64,000 bases of DNA, taken from positions 63,312 to 127,311 of the forward strand of contig JBOEGF010000011.1 in NCBI GenBank assembly GCA_050633305.1, given 5' to 3'. Position numbers and translations under genes: made by a program. Source of the DNA: Nannocystales bacterium. Its GTDB lineage: Bacteria > Myxococcota_A > Polyangia > Nannocystales > Nannocystaceae. This document shows positions 1 through 9,422 of the stretch, piece by piece. The notes beneath the pieces are model-generated. The model was not told the DNA's origin, ran no database searches, and was given only the letters and a program-made list of their open reading frames with translations. Numbering within the stretch: position 1 is the first letter of the stretch; every line of letters begins with the position of its first letter.

Positions 1-1878
1 GCCGGGCCGTGCATCGTGCGCCACCGCGGCATGCAGTGCTCGGACGACGGATGCGGCCTCTTCCTTGGCGCCAGTTCGCCACAGCGCAGTGGCCCAACCA
101 AGGGCGGCTGCGACCTGCACGGTCGGGTCCGAGGCCTGCGCGATCTGGACCGCGCGGGAGAACGCGGCGGCGGCTTCGTCGTCCCGGTTCTCGTCGAGGC
201 ACGCCGTACCCAGGTAGGTGAGGGCGACCAGGACCGACGCATGCTCGGGCCCATGCGCGAGCACCAGTCGGGCGACCGCGCGACGGGACAGGGCAATCGC
301 CTCGGCGGCGTGACCGCTGCGCAGCGCGACGTCTGCCGCGACGCTCAGCGCCTCCCCGCGAGCGGCATCGCCAGCCTGCTCCGAGGTCGTCGCCTCCAGC
401 GCTTCAGTGGCCGCGGCGCGGGCTTCATCCAGCCGATCCGCATCCAGGAGGATCGCGACGAGTCGCATGCGAACCTGATTGCGGGAGAGCGGATCGAGTT
501 CGCCCGTGAGCGTGTCTTGGAGCCGCTGCGCAGCCGTCTGCGCGTCGCCACGAGCCTGCGCAACGGCGGCGCGGCCAAGCGCAATCCGCAGCTCCAAGGC
601 TCCTCCATCGTGGGACTGCGACCAGGTGACGGCTCGCTCGAAGGTGTCGGCCGCGTCGCCGATGCTCCCCGCTTGCAGGTACGCCTCCCCGAGGCCGACG
701 AGGGTGGGTCCTCGTTCCGCTTCGGGTTGGCGTTCGATCGCCATGCGCAGCCACGCCGTGGCCTTGTGGGGGGCCCCGTGCTCGCGCATCGCAGTGGCGA
801 TGGCGTCCAAGGTTGCCAGGGATTCTGGATGCCGGGCTCCGAGCGCGTCGTCGGCAAGCTCCAGTCCTCGCGCGGCGAGCCGCTCTGCGGCGTCGAGCTT
901 GCCGACGGATGCCGCGGCGGCCGCAGAGTCGCGTAGGCCGGGTACGAGTGCCGGGTGGGTGCTTCCCAAACTCGTTTCGAGCAACGCCAGCGCTGGCTCA
1001 TGCATGGCGAGGGCTGCTTCCGGTTGCCCGTGCAGAGCGAGCATCCGTGCCTGCGCGGCGAGGAGGCCATGCTGTCGGCGTGCGGTCGTGGGCAGCCGGC
1101 GAGCGTAGGCCGAGCCAAGCATCCACCACCGCTGTGCCGCGACCAGGCCCTCGTCGGGCGGGGTGCTGGCGGTGAGCTTCACCGCGACCTCGTAGGCGAG
1201 CACGGAGTCGTCGACCGCGATTGCGTCCGACAGGGCGCGTTGCCACGTCGCGTAGGCCTCCTGGGGGGCTTGGGCGTGGCCGCGAATCCATCGGGTGTGG
1301 GCGCGGAGCGGGTCGTCGTCGCCGAGCTCGAGCGACTCCACCAGCCCCGCGGCGGCGGCGTCTTGACCGAGGTCCAACAACGCCCGCGCTCGTACGAGCG
1401 TGGCCGCCACCGCTTCATCGCGCGGGGATGCTGTGGCCGGCGGAGTCCCGCAGTCCTCGGTGGGCGGGAGTGTGAGCGCGGCCGAATACGCCATCGGTTG
1501 GGCCGCGGGCTCGAGGTTGGCCAGCGCGGTTGCCAAAGCGCGAGCGCGCTCGCCCTGCTGTTCCAAGCAACGAAGTGCGGGTTCTGGAACCTCCCGGCCA
1601 CAGGCCTCGGTTCGGGCTGCTGACCACCGCTGTGCCCACGCATCCAGGTCCCGCTGCACGACGCCCCGAGCCCCCGCCGCTGGTCGCCCCCATGCCTCGA
1701 GCCACGTGGGGTCTTCCTGCCAGGGCAGCGTCGATGGGGGAGGGCACTGCGCCTGGGTACCGGCGCGTGGTTGTGGTGTGCGCGTGAACGCGTACACGCT
1801 CAACGCACCCGCGCACAGCAACGCCACGCCGGCGAGCCAGGTTGTGGCCCGGAGGGGCGACTGGGCGGCGTCGGACAC
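1..1878 (-). CDS. Membrane-anchored TPR-repeat protein (partial, runs off window start); resembles the C-terminal part of myxobacterial Ser/Thr kinases but has no kinase domain
   Basis: Not in the ORF track because there is no stop in the window. Manual translation from GTG at 1878: MSDAAQSPLRATTWLAGVALLCAGALSVYAF (TM) ...WAQRWSAARTEAC...LRCLEQQ...LPPTEDC..., with TPR-type LGPEHASVLVALTYLG further on. Confidence 0.75.
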   Translation of the reverse strand, partial: MSDAAQSPLRATTWLAGVALLCAGALSVYAFTRTPQPRAGTQAQCPPPSTLPWQEDPTWLEAWGRPAAGARGVVQRDLDAWAQRWSAARTEACGREVPEPALRCLEQQGERARALATALANLEPAAQPMAYSAALTLPPTEDCGTPPATASPRDEAVAATLVRARALLDLGQDAAAAGLVESLELGDDDPLRAHTRWIRGHAQAPQEAYATWQRALSDAIAVDDSVLAYEVAVKLTASTPPDEGLVAAQRWWMLGSAYARRLPTTARRQHGLLAAQARMLALHGQPEAALAMHEPALALLETSLGSTHPALVPGLRDSAAAAASVGKLDAAERLAARGLELADDALGARHPESLATLDAIATAMREHGAPHKATAWLRMAIERQPEAERGPTLVGLGEAYLQAGSIGDAADTFERAVTWSQSHDGGALELRIALGRAAVAQARGDAQTAAQRLQDTLTGELDPLSRNQVRMRLVAILLDADRLDEARAAATEALEATTSEQAGDAARGEALSVAADVALRSGHAAEAIALSRRAVARLVLAHGPEHASVLVALTYLGTACLDENRDDEAAAAFSRAVQIAQASDPTVQVAAALGWATALWRTGAKEEAASVVRALHAAVAHDARPG

Positions 1879-1999
1879 CGCGGGACCGTAGCACTGTGGA
1901 CACACCCCGGGCCGGAACCGCGCCCAACGCGCGGGCGTCGGGACTCAAGTTCGGGCCGCACCGCTCGATGGTGGAACGGTCCGGAGTTCAGCCCCGCCC

Positions 2000-2629
2000 A
2001 TGACTCACAAGATCGCCCTCTCCCTCGCTCTGTTCGCCTCTTTCGGAATGACGGCCTGCACCGTCGATTCGCCCCCCCCGCCGGAGGAGTTCAACTACAG
2101 CTTCCTCGACGAGCTGCCGGGTGCGCCAACGGACGGTCGAGCTCTTGCGGCGCCGGGGGGGGTCCTGGACTCGCAGATCTCCATTGAGTTCCGGGACAGT
2201 CTGCACGGGACTGACGACGTGCCTGAGCGAATCGCGGCAGTTCCTCTGACGATCGATGGGGTGCGGATCGGTGTCGAAGACGCCGAGGGCAACATGAGCT
2301 GGCGGGTGCTGGGGTCGAAGCCGGTCGATGTCGACCTGATGACGCTTGCCGATGGTGAGAGCGAACGGATCTCGTTCGGTCCTGCGCCGGAAGGTCACTA
2401 TTCGGCCATCGCGTTTAAGATCTCAAGCGCTCAGATCGTGAAGGACTCAGGTGCTAGCCAAGAGCTGGGTCTGCCCGGGTCTGTGACGGTCATCGAGGAG
2501 GACTTCGCCCTCGAAGCTTCTCAAGACCACGCGTTTCTCGTCCAGTTCGGCGGCCTCCGTGGAATTGAGAATGGTGGGGATGGCTGGGCGACCGACCCGA
2601 ATCTGTCGTTCATACGGGTCGACGACTAG
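2000..2629 (+). CDS. Lipoprotein, DUF4382-like domain
   Basis: Signal peptide with lipobox (FGMTAC); VDLMTL...PEGHYSAIAFKI motif typical of DUF4382. Confidence 0.65.
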   Translation: MTHKIALSLALFASFGMTACTVDSPPPPEEFNYSFLDELPGAPTDGRALAAPGGVLDSQISIEFRDSLHGTDDVPERIAAVPLTIDGVRIGVEDAEGNMSWRVLGSKPVDVDLMTLADGESERISFGPAPEGHYSAIAFKISSAQIVKDSGASQELGLPGSVTVIEEDFALEASQDHAFLVQFGGLRGIENGGDGWATDPNLSFIRVDD

Positions 2630-2657
2630 GGCCTGGCCCACAGCCTGGCCCCACAAT

Positions 2658-2698
2658 GAGGAAAGCGGCTCTCCCGGGACTGGGAGGCCGCTTTTCTC
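2658..2698. terminator. Inverted repeat / likely bidirectional terminator between the convergent DUF4382 gene and tRNA
   Basis: GAGGAAAGCGGC...GCCGCTTTTCTC stem with A/T flanks. Confidence 0.7.
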
Positions 2699-2702
2699 GT
2701 TG

Positions 2703-2776
2703 TGGGCGCAGCAGGATTCGAACCTGCGACTTCCACCGTGTGAAGGTGGCGCTCTAACCAGCTGAGCTATGCGCCC
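2703..2776 (-). tRNA. tRNA-Val (anticodon CAC), CCA not encoded
   Basis: Reverse complement GGGCGCATAGCTCAGCTGGTTAGAGCGCCACCTTCACACGGTGGAAGTCGCAGGTTCGAATCCTGCTGCGCCCA: acceptor stem, D-loop, CCACC-TTCACAC-GGTGG anticodon arm, GTTCGAA T-loop. Confidence 0.97.
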
Positions 2777-2864
2777 TGAGCAGGGGCCGGGATATAGCCT
2801 GCTCGGGGGCGGGTTGCAACGGCACATTGCAATCGGCGACCCTCTCGCCCGCAAACGAGGCGAC

Positions 2865-3257
2865 ATGAAACGAGAAATCATCAAGACCCCCAACGCTCCC
2901 GCTGCGATCGGACCCTACAGCCAGGCCGTGGCTGTCTCCGGAGGGCGAACGCTCTACTGCTCGGGGCAGATCCCGCTTGATGCCGCCTCGGGCGAGCTTG
3001 TGGGAGGAGACGACGTGGAGGCGCAGACCCGCGTGGTCCTGGACAACCTGGGTGCCGTCCTGGAAGCGGGCGGCATGAGCTTCGAGCACGTAGTCAAGGC
3101 GGGAATCTTCCTGGCTGACATGGCCGACTTCGCGGCCGTGAACGCGCTGTATGCGGAGCGGTTTGGTGCGGCACCGCCCGCGCGTGCCACGGTTCAGGTC
3201 GCTGGGCTTCCCAAGGGCGTGAAGATCGAGATCGACGCGATCGCGGTCGGCGAGTAG
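2865..3257 (+). CDS. ridA: RidA/YjgF family reactive-intermediate deaminase
   Basis: APAAIGPYSQAV, SGQIP, PARATVQVAGLPKGVKIEIDAIA; GAGG RBS before ATG 2865. Confidence 0.93.
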   Translation: MKREIIKTPNAPAAIGPYSQAVAVSGGRTLYCSGQIPLDAASGELVGGDDVEAQTRVVLDNLGAVLEAGGMSFEHVVKAGIFLADMADFAAVNALYAERFGAAPPARATVQVAGLPKGVKIEIDAIAVGE

Positions 3258-3271
3258 GGCATGCTTGCGTC

Positions 3272-5872
3272 GTGAGCGAGCGAGCCTCCCGGCGCCGCGG
3301 ACTCGCGGCGCTCGTCGTGCTGTTCCTGCTCGGCGGCTTGGTGGCGCTCGCGTGGCGCTCGGACGATCCCCTGCCTGAGGGGGAGCCCGCACCCGCGCTG
3401 CCAGGATCCAGGGGATCCATCAGTGCGGAGCCCGTTTTCACGCAGGTGCAGGGACGGGTGCTGTTCGAAGGCACGCTTCCCGAGGACACCCCTTGGGGAG
3501 ACCCAGAGCTGACCCCGGCGACCGAGTGCCGGGTCCGCGTGTGGCAGCAAAACGTCGAGGTGGCGGAGTCGTCGAGCTGTGGGCCCCAGGGGCGCTACGT
3601 GGCGTCCTTGGGAGAGCGCATCACGGGCCGCGTCAGCGTGGAGATTGAAGCGCCCGGTCGGCTTCGTGCGGTCATCACGGTCGATCTCCCCGAGAGTGGC
3701 CCCGGGGTGCTGCCGGACGTTGCGCTGGGCATGGCTCAGCGTGTTCGCGGTTCGGTGGTGAATCTGCGCGGCGATCCGATGCCGGGCGTGGTGGTCGAGG
3801 CTCGGCCGATCCCGGATCTTGGGGAGGCCGAGCCTTGGCGACGCGTCACGGGGGAGGGCGGTTCGTTCGACTTCGACACGCTCCCTCCGGGCCCCGTCGC
3901 ACTGCGGGCTTCGCCTCCAGGGCACGCGCCAACCGTCGTGGAAGCCATCGCCCCCCAGGACGAGGTGTTGCTGCGGTTGGGTGGGCTCTACGACGTGAAG
4001 GGCCGGGTGCTTGCTGCGGGGACGGATGCGGATGTCGGCACCGCGACCATTCGGCTCGAGGGAAGTGGCGTGTGGCCGGCTCGGGTGGTCGAGGTCGAGC
4101 CGGACGGGTCGTTCGTCGTCCCCGCGGTCCCCGACGGGGTGTATTCGGTCGAGGCGATCGTTGCCGACGAGCCGGGAGAACCGGCGTTTGCCTCGTTGCC
4201 GCTGGAGGGCGTCGAGCCCGACCTGGAGGTGACCCTGGCATTGCTCCCAGCGCAGTGGGTGCCCGTTGAGGTGGAAGACCCCGACGGAGCAGCGGTGGCG
4301 GATGCTCGGGTGACGTTGATGAACGCACAGGTCGGCATGCTCGGTCGCAGCGCCTCGACGGGGGAGGACGGACGCGCATGGCTCGGCCCCGTGGTTCCCG
4401 GTCCCTACATTGCGCGGGCTGATGCGGATGCCTGGTTGGCGTCCGCACCCGAAGCGCTGCAGGTCGACGATGCTGCCGTGGACCCGGTGGTCTTGCGTTT
4501 GGCACGACCGGGCCGCTTGGTGGTGACGGTGCTCGACCCTGCCGGAGACCCGGTGAAAGGGGCGCAGGTCGCTTTGCGCACGGATGCGGTCTACTCCGTC
4601 GGGGAGGCCCAAACCCGAGCCGCCACGTTCGCCCGCACAGCCCAAGCCGCCGGGACGCTCGGGGTTGTCCCCGGGCCGGTTCCGCCCGTTCCGCTGGGTG
4701 ATGGCAGCGGTGCGACGGCTTGGCGCCGTTCCGCGCGTGGCGGGGCTGTTGCGTTCGAGGGACTCGTTCCCGGGTCGTACACGGTCACCGCCTCTCACTC
4801 GGGGTTCGCGGCGAGTGCGGAGCGGACCCTGACCGTGCCTGCGGGGGAGAGCGTCGCGATCACGCTGATGTTACGCGCCGGTCAGCCTCTGACCGGGCGG
4901 GTTCGCGACAGCAACGACCGGCCGATCGAGGGAGCGCAGGTGCGGGTGGGGGACGTGCTGTTGGCACGGACCGACGACCGTGGTGTGTACGATGCGGGGC
5001 CCCACGCGGGGTCGGTCCGGGTCGAGGTTCGGGCGACCGGGTTCGCCGCTCAGACAGAGAACGTCCGGATCCGAAAGGAACCCGTCGATGTGGAATGGGT
5101 GCTCGAAGAGGCGGACTCTGTCCTTATCGGTCAGGTCTCTGGCGGAAACGACAGGCCGGTTGCGGGCGTCCGTGTGAGTGTCCATCCGCGTGGCGGCGTG
5201 TCTCAGACCACGTGGACGGAGGCTGATGGCGCCTTCCGTTTTGAAGGCCTTCCGCGGGGGCGAGTCGAGGTGCGTGCCGAGCACGAGGATTACGTACCCT
5301 GGTCCGGACCGCTTCGGGTCGAGGGCGATACACCGTTGGACATCACGCTCGTCGAAGGATGGAGTACGACGATCGTCGTGCGCTGGAGCGGGTCCCTGGA
5401 GCCTGTCGTCGCGGCGCGCGTCCGCGGTGGAGGGGCTGACGCGGTGACCGATGCGCGTGGCGACGCGGTGCTCACGGGGCTCGCCCGGGACTCGGTGCGT
5501 CTCGAAATCTCCGGCGCGGGCGCGCCTCGAGTGCGCAGAGCGATCAAGCGAGGTCCGGCGGCTGGGCGGGACGTGTTCGTCGAGCTGGTCCTCGGCGGGC
5601 GGCTTCAAGGGCGGGTGACAGACTACCGTGGCGATCCGGTCCGGGGGGCCGATGTCGAGGTCCGACGCCTCGGCGAAGATGACGCCGTGGCCACCACGCG
5701 ATCCGGTCGGCGGGGGAGCTACGTTTTCGAAGGGCTCGCCGAGGGGGACGTCGAGGTTCAGGCGTGGCCTCCGAGCGCGCGTGAAGACGACCTGGACACC
5801 GAGGTGCTCCGCAGTGACGTTCGAGCAGGACACGTGACGGACGACGTCGTGTTCAAGCTCCCTCGGCGGTAA
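3272..5872 (+). CDS. Carboxypeptidase-regulatory-like (Cna-B/transthyretin-like) repeat protein with N-terminal TM anchor
   Basis: Repeated GRVxD..G.P..GA.V...T...G.F.F.GL..G modules; N-terminal hydrophobic segment. Confidence 0.85.
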   Translation: MSERASRRRGLAALVVLFLLGGLVALAWRSDDPLPEGEPAPALPGSRGSISAEPVFTQVQGRVLFEGTLPEDTPWGDPELTPATECRVRVWQQNVEVAESSSCGPQGRYVASLGERITGRVSVEIEAPGRLRAVITVDLPESGPGVLPDVALGMAQRVRGSVVNLRGDPMPGVVVEARPIPDLGEAEPWRRVTGEGGSFDFDTLPPGPVALRASPPGHAPTVVEAIAPQDEVLLRLGGLYDVKGRVLAAGTDADVGTATIRLEGSGVWPARVVEVEPDGSFVVPAVPDGVYSVEAIVADEPGEPAFASLPLEGVEPDLEVTLALLPAQWVPVEVEDPDGAAVADARVTLMNAQVGMLGRSASTGEDGRAWLGPVVPGPYIARADADAWLASAPEALQVDDAAVDPVVLRLARPGRLVVTVLDPAGDPVKGAQVALRTDAVYSVGEAQTRAATFARTAQAAGTLGVVPGPVPPVPLGDGSGATAWRRSARGGAVAFEGLVPGSYTVTASHSGFAASAERTLTVPAGESVAITLMLRAGQPLTGRVRDSNDRPIEGAQVRVGDVLLARTDDRGVYDAGPHAGSVRVEVRATGFAAQTENVRIRKEPVDVEWVLEEADSVLIGQVSGGNDRPVAGVRVSVHPRGGVSQTTWTEADGAFRFEGLPRGRVEVRAEHEDYVPWSGPLRVEGDTPLDITLVEGWSTTIVVRWSGSLEPVVAARVRGGGADAVTDARGDAVLTGLARDSVRLEISGAGAPRVRRAIKRGPAAGRDVFVELVLGGRLQGRVTDYRGDPVRGADVEVRRLGEDDAVATTRSGRRGSYVFEGLAEGDVEVQAWPPSAREDDLDTEVLRSDVRAGHVTDDVVFKLPRR

Positions 5873-5965
5873 CCTGGTCTTCGCTGCGACGTTGACACGT
5901 CACCGGCGGGCCGCATACCGTCAGGCCGCGTCCGCGTACCCAGGCAGACGACCAGGAAAAGACCG

Positions 5966-6517
5966 ATGCGTACCCTCCTCGTGACCACCGCCCTGACGCT
6001 TTGTGTTCCCGCTTGCACCTCCTCCGACACCAAGTCTGAGACCGCGTCTCCCAAGACCCAGGAGACCGGGGCCAAGGCAGGGGAGCCCGACGCGACCGCG
6101 GCAGCCGACTCCGCAGCCGGCCCGGCGGGAGGTGGTGAGAAGAAGGTCAAAGTGGTCGAGGGTGCCGCACCTGCAGACGACGATCGCTACGAGCTGAAAA
6201 TCGAGACACCAGCGGCCCAATCTGGGCAGGAGAGCAAGGTCACTGTCCGCGTGGTGCCCAAGAAGCCGTGGCACATGAACCTCGACTTCCCGACCTCGCT
6301 GAAGGTGGACGGCCCGGAGGGCGTTGCCTTGGCGAATGCGGACCTCAAGAAGGGCGATGCGCAGCTCGATGAGAACGCCTGCCAGTTCGACGTCGCGTTC
6401 ACGCCAAGCGCTGCCGGGGAGCAGACGTTCACCGGAAAGTTCAAGTTTGCGGTCTGCCAAGACGAGGCCTGCTCCCCGGTGACCGAAGACATCGAGTTCA
6501 AGGTCGCGGTCAAGTAG
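5966..6517 (+). CDS. Lipoprotein with DsbD N-terminal-like Ig domain
   Basis: Lipobox VPAC; WHMN..FP and C-terminal FAVCQDEACSP (Cx4C) as in DsbD-alpha-like domains. Confidence 0.6.
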   Translation: MRTLLVTTALTLCVPACTSSDTKSETASPKTQETGAKAGEPDATAAADSAAGPAGGGEKKVKVVEGAAPADDDRYELKIETPAAQSGQESKVTVRVVPKKPWHMNLDFPTSLKVDGPEGVALANADLKKGDAQLDENACQFDVAFTPSAAGEQTFTGKFKFAVCQDEACSPVTEDIEFKVAVK

Positions 6518-6554
6518 GGCGCGCGCTACCCGGACCGGGTACACTCGGGCCAAC

Positions 6555-8876
6555 GTGGTAGACACCGACGCTGCGCACCAGCGGCTTGATCACCTTGCCG
6601 GGGCGATCGCCGACGAGTTTGAAACCACCCGCCGACTGCTCAGTTTCGATGAGTGGTTCGAGCTGGTCTGCAGCGAGCCGACCGTGCATGCTCGCAACGC
6701 CGCACAGTACGTCCGGGATGCGTTCCTGCATTTCGGGCGTCGCGACGTGCGGACGCCGAGCGGGCAGATTTCGCGATGGCGTTTGTTCGACACCGAGTTT
6801 GACGGTTGGCATCGACTCGTCGGGCAAGAAGAAGCGCAGAACGAGCTGTACGAAGCCGTCGAAGGATTCGTCCGGCTCGGGCGCACGAACAAGATGCTGT
6901 TGCTGCACGGCCCCAACGGCAGTGCCAAGAGCACGTTGCTCGAGGCATTGCAGCGGGCGCTCGAGGTGTACTCGCGGACGGACAAAGGGGCGCTGTATCG
7001 GTTCAGCTGGGTGTTCCCCAATCGCCGCGAGCTCTCCGGAGGCATCGGGTTTGGAGACACCGAGGGGCTTCGAGACGCGCTCGGCGAGGAGACGTTCGCC
7101 AAGCTGGGGAGCGATGAGATCGACTCGCGGATGGCGGATGAGCAAAAGGACCACCCCCTTTGCCTCATCCCGCTCCCCCACCGTCGCAAAGCGCTGGAGG
7201 ACATCTGCAGCGCGCACCCCGACTTCGTGATCAGCGACGCCATCCTCTACGGCGAGCTGTCGCATCGCAACCGCAAAATCTTCGACGCGCTCCTGACTGG
7301 CTACAAGGGCGACCTTCGCAAGGTCCTGCAGCACGTGCAGGTGGAGCGCTTCTTCGCCAGCCGCCAATACCGGGCGGCCTTGGTGACGGTTGAGCCCAAA
7401 CAGACGGTCGACGGACGCAGCTTCCCGGTCACTGGGGATTCGGCGTTTGGCACGCTGCCACCGGCGGTCGGTGGGCAGGCGTTGTATGCGGTTCAGGGGG
7501 ACTTGGTCGACGCCAACCGGGGGGTCTTGAACTTCTCCGACCTGCTCAAGCGCCCCTACGAGCACTACAAGTATCTGCTCACGGCAACGGAGTCGGGTTC
7601 GGTCGCGTTGGATCACCTGGTGCTGAACCTCGACATGATGTTCACCGGGAGCGCCAACGACCTCGACCTGCTCGAGTTCCGAGCGCTCCGCTCTGGCGAG
7701 TACCAGAGCTTCCGCGCCCGCCTCGAGCTCATCCGCGTCCCGTTCCTGCTCGACTTCCGCGTCGAACGGAAGATCTACCAGGAGCAGGTCGGAGACATCC
7801 TGCGGGGTGTGCATGTCGCCCCTCACGTCACACGCTTGCTCGCGCTATGGGGGGTCATGACGCGTCTACGGGCGCCGGAGCCCTCGAAGTACACCTCGAA
7901 GATCGGGGATGCGCTGGGTCGGCTCACACCGATTCAGAAGGCCGACCTGTATGCCTACGGCCGTGTGCCGAGAGGTTTGAGCGCCGAGGAGGCGCGGGAG
8001 ATGCTGGCTGCGGTCCCCGCAATGTACGAGGAGCGTTTTCCGCACGCGGTTGTGCGGTCCGAGGGCAGCGACCACATCCTCGGCGACTACGAGGGTGGCT
8101 TTGGCGCCAGCGTTCGGGACCTCAAGGCGGTGCTGCTCGCCGCGGCTTCCGAGCCCGGCGTCACGCACATCACAGTCCCGAAGCTGTTCGAGGAGCTTCG
8201 CAGCTACCTCTCCGATTCGGTCAACTACCGCTGGATGCTGCTGGAACCGCAGGGCAACTTCCACAAGCTCGACGGCGACCCTTCGTCGATCACGGGTGCA
8301 TGCTGGGAGCGATGGCTGGACCTCTCCGACTGGGAAGTCCGGGAGGCGCTCGGGTTGGTGGACGAGGACCGCTACATGGAGCTGTTCCGCAAGTATGTGG
8401 TGCACGTCTCCCATGCGCTCAAGAAGGAGCGTCTGTTCGATGAGGTCACCGGCGAGCTGACCGACCCGGACGAGCGCTTCATGAAGCAGCTCGAGAAGAC
8501 GATGGCCCCGGACGCGAAAGAGAGCTTTCGTCCCGATGTGCTCTCGAGGATCGGGGCCTGGGCGTTGTCGCATCCGGACGAAGATCCGGCGTACGACGAG
8601 ATCTTCCCCGACTACTTCTCGCAGATGCGCGACGACTACTACAAGAAGCAGAAGGAGGTCGTGGGCAAGAGCATCACGCGGATCCTCGAGCTTCTGGCCG
8701 TCGACGGAGAGCGGCTCAACACCGAAGAGGTCAGCTTGAGCAAGACCGAGGAGCAGAATGCCGCGCATGCACTCGAGGTCCTGCTCGGTGAGCACGACGG
8801 AGAGACTCGCCGCGACCGACACACCCGTGAGACCTTGCGCGAGACGTTGGTCTACCTCGCGAAGAACCGGTACTGA
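6555..8876 (+). CDS. prkA: PrkA/YeaG-family AAA+ serine protein kinase
   Basis: LLLHGPNGSAKST Walker A; GDLVDANRGVLNFSDLLKRP; YEGGFGASVR. Confidence 0.88.
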   Translation: MVDTDAAHQRLDHLAGAIADEFETTRRLLSFDEWFELVCSEPTVHARNAAQYVRDAFLHFGRRDVRTPSGQISRWRLFDTEFDGWHRLVGQEEAQNELYEAVEGFVRLGRTNKMLLLHGPNGSAKSTLLEALQRALEVYSRTDKGALYRFSWVFPNRRELSGGIGFGDTEGLRDALGEETFAKLGSDEIDSRMADEQKDHPLCLIPLPHRRKALEDICSAHPDFVISDAILYGELSHRNRKIFDALLTGYKGDLRKVLQHVQVERFFASRQYRAALVTVEPKQTVDGRSFPVTGDSAFGTLPPAVGGQALYAVQGDLVDANRGVLNFSDLLKRPYEHYKYLLTATESGSVALDHLVLNLDMMFTGSANDLDLLEFRALRSGEYQSFRARLELIRVPFLLDFRVERKIYQEQVGDILRGVHVAPHVTRLLALWGVMTRLRAPEPSKYTSKIGDALGRLTPIQKADLYAYGRVPRGLSAEEAREMLAAVPAMYEERFPHAVVRSEGSDHILGDYEGGFGASVRDLKAVLLAAASEPGVTHITVPKLFEELRSYLSDSVNYRWMLLEPQGNFHKLDGDPSSITGACWERWLDLSDWEVREALGLVDEDRYMELFRKYVVHVSHALKKERLFDEVTGELTDPDERFMKQLEKTMAPDAKESFRPDVLSRIGAWALSHPDEDPAYDEIFPDYFSQMRDDYYKKQKEVVGKSITRILELLAVDGERLNTEEVSLSKTEEQNAAHALEVLLGEHDGETRRDRHTRETLRETLVYLAKNRY

Positions 8877-8885
8877 CCCACGAAG

Positions 8886-8918
8886 AACGCCGGAGATGCC
8901 CCGCGGCACTCCGGCGTT
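8886..8918. terminator. Stem-loop between convergent prkA and lipoprotein genes
   Basis: AACGCCGGAG...CTCCGGCGTT perfect 10-bp inverted repeat plus inner TGCC/GGCA. Confidence 0.65.
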
Positions 8919-8936
8919 GTGGTCTTTGCCTACCGG

Positions 8937-9422
8937 CTAGATCCCGCGGGCCATCCTGTACTGCGCGGTCAGGTCCGGATCGTTCGCGATCTCGTACATG
9001 AGGTCGTCGAGCTTGTCCCGGTCGAGGTTGGCCGCGGCGAGCAGGTTGTCGGCATCGTCCGGCGCCTCGGAGATCTTCGCCGCGACGTGTGCCGCCTTGG
9101 CGACTCGGGGATCATAGCCTTCGAGGGCTTCGTCGGGGCCATCATCCGCGGCGGGGGTCGCTTCGGCGGAGGGGTCCGGCGCGGTGCCGTCCTTTTTGGC
9201 TTCCGGGTCGGGGGCGTCGCCTTTCTTGGCTTCGGGGGGGACCGCGTCGTCCGCCTTGGCGTCGGCCGCTTGTGGGCCCGACTTGGCCTCAGCAGCCTTG
9301 TCGTCCTTCTTCGCGGTCTTGGTCGTTTCTTTCGCTCCGTCATCGCACCCGGCAACGCCGAGAGAGAGTCCGAGCACAAACATCGAGGTGAGCAAGCGTT
9401 GCATCGTCATGGCGTCCTTCAC
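8937..9422 (-). CDS. Lipoprotein, Ala/Lys/Asp-rich linker plus small helical C-terminal domain
   Basis: Lipobox VAGC; overlaps the stop of the upstream gene; true start may be an internal ATG near 9404-9410. Confidence 0.75.
   Translation of the reverse strand: MKDAMTMQRLLTSMFVLGLSLGVAGCDDGAKETTKTAKKDDKAAEAKSGPQAADAKADDAVPPEAKKGDAPDPEAKKDGTAPDPSAEATPAADDGPDEALEGYDPRVAKAAHVAAKISEAPDDADNLLAAANLDRDKLDDLMYEIANDPDLTAQYRMARGI

Noticed and set aside
16..1623. Plus-strand ORFs 16-936 and 955-1623
   Set aside because: Shadows of the minus-strand TPR gene that runs off the window
2703..2776. tRNA as a possible integration site for an island or prophage
   Set aside because: No integrase nearby and no direct repeat of the tRNA 3' end noticed in the window
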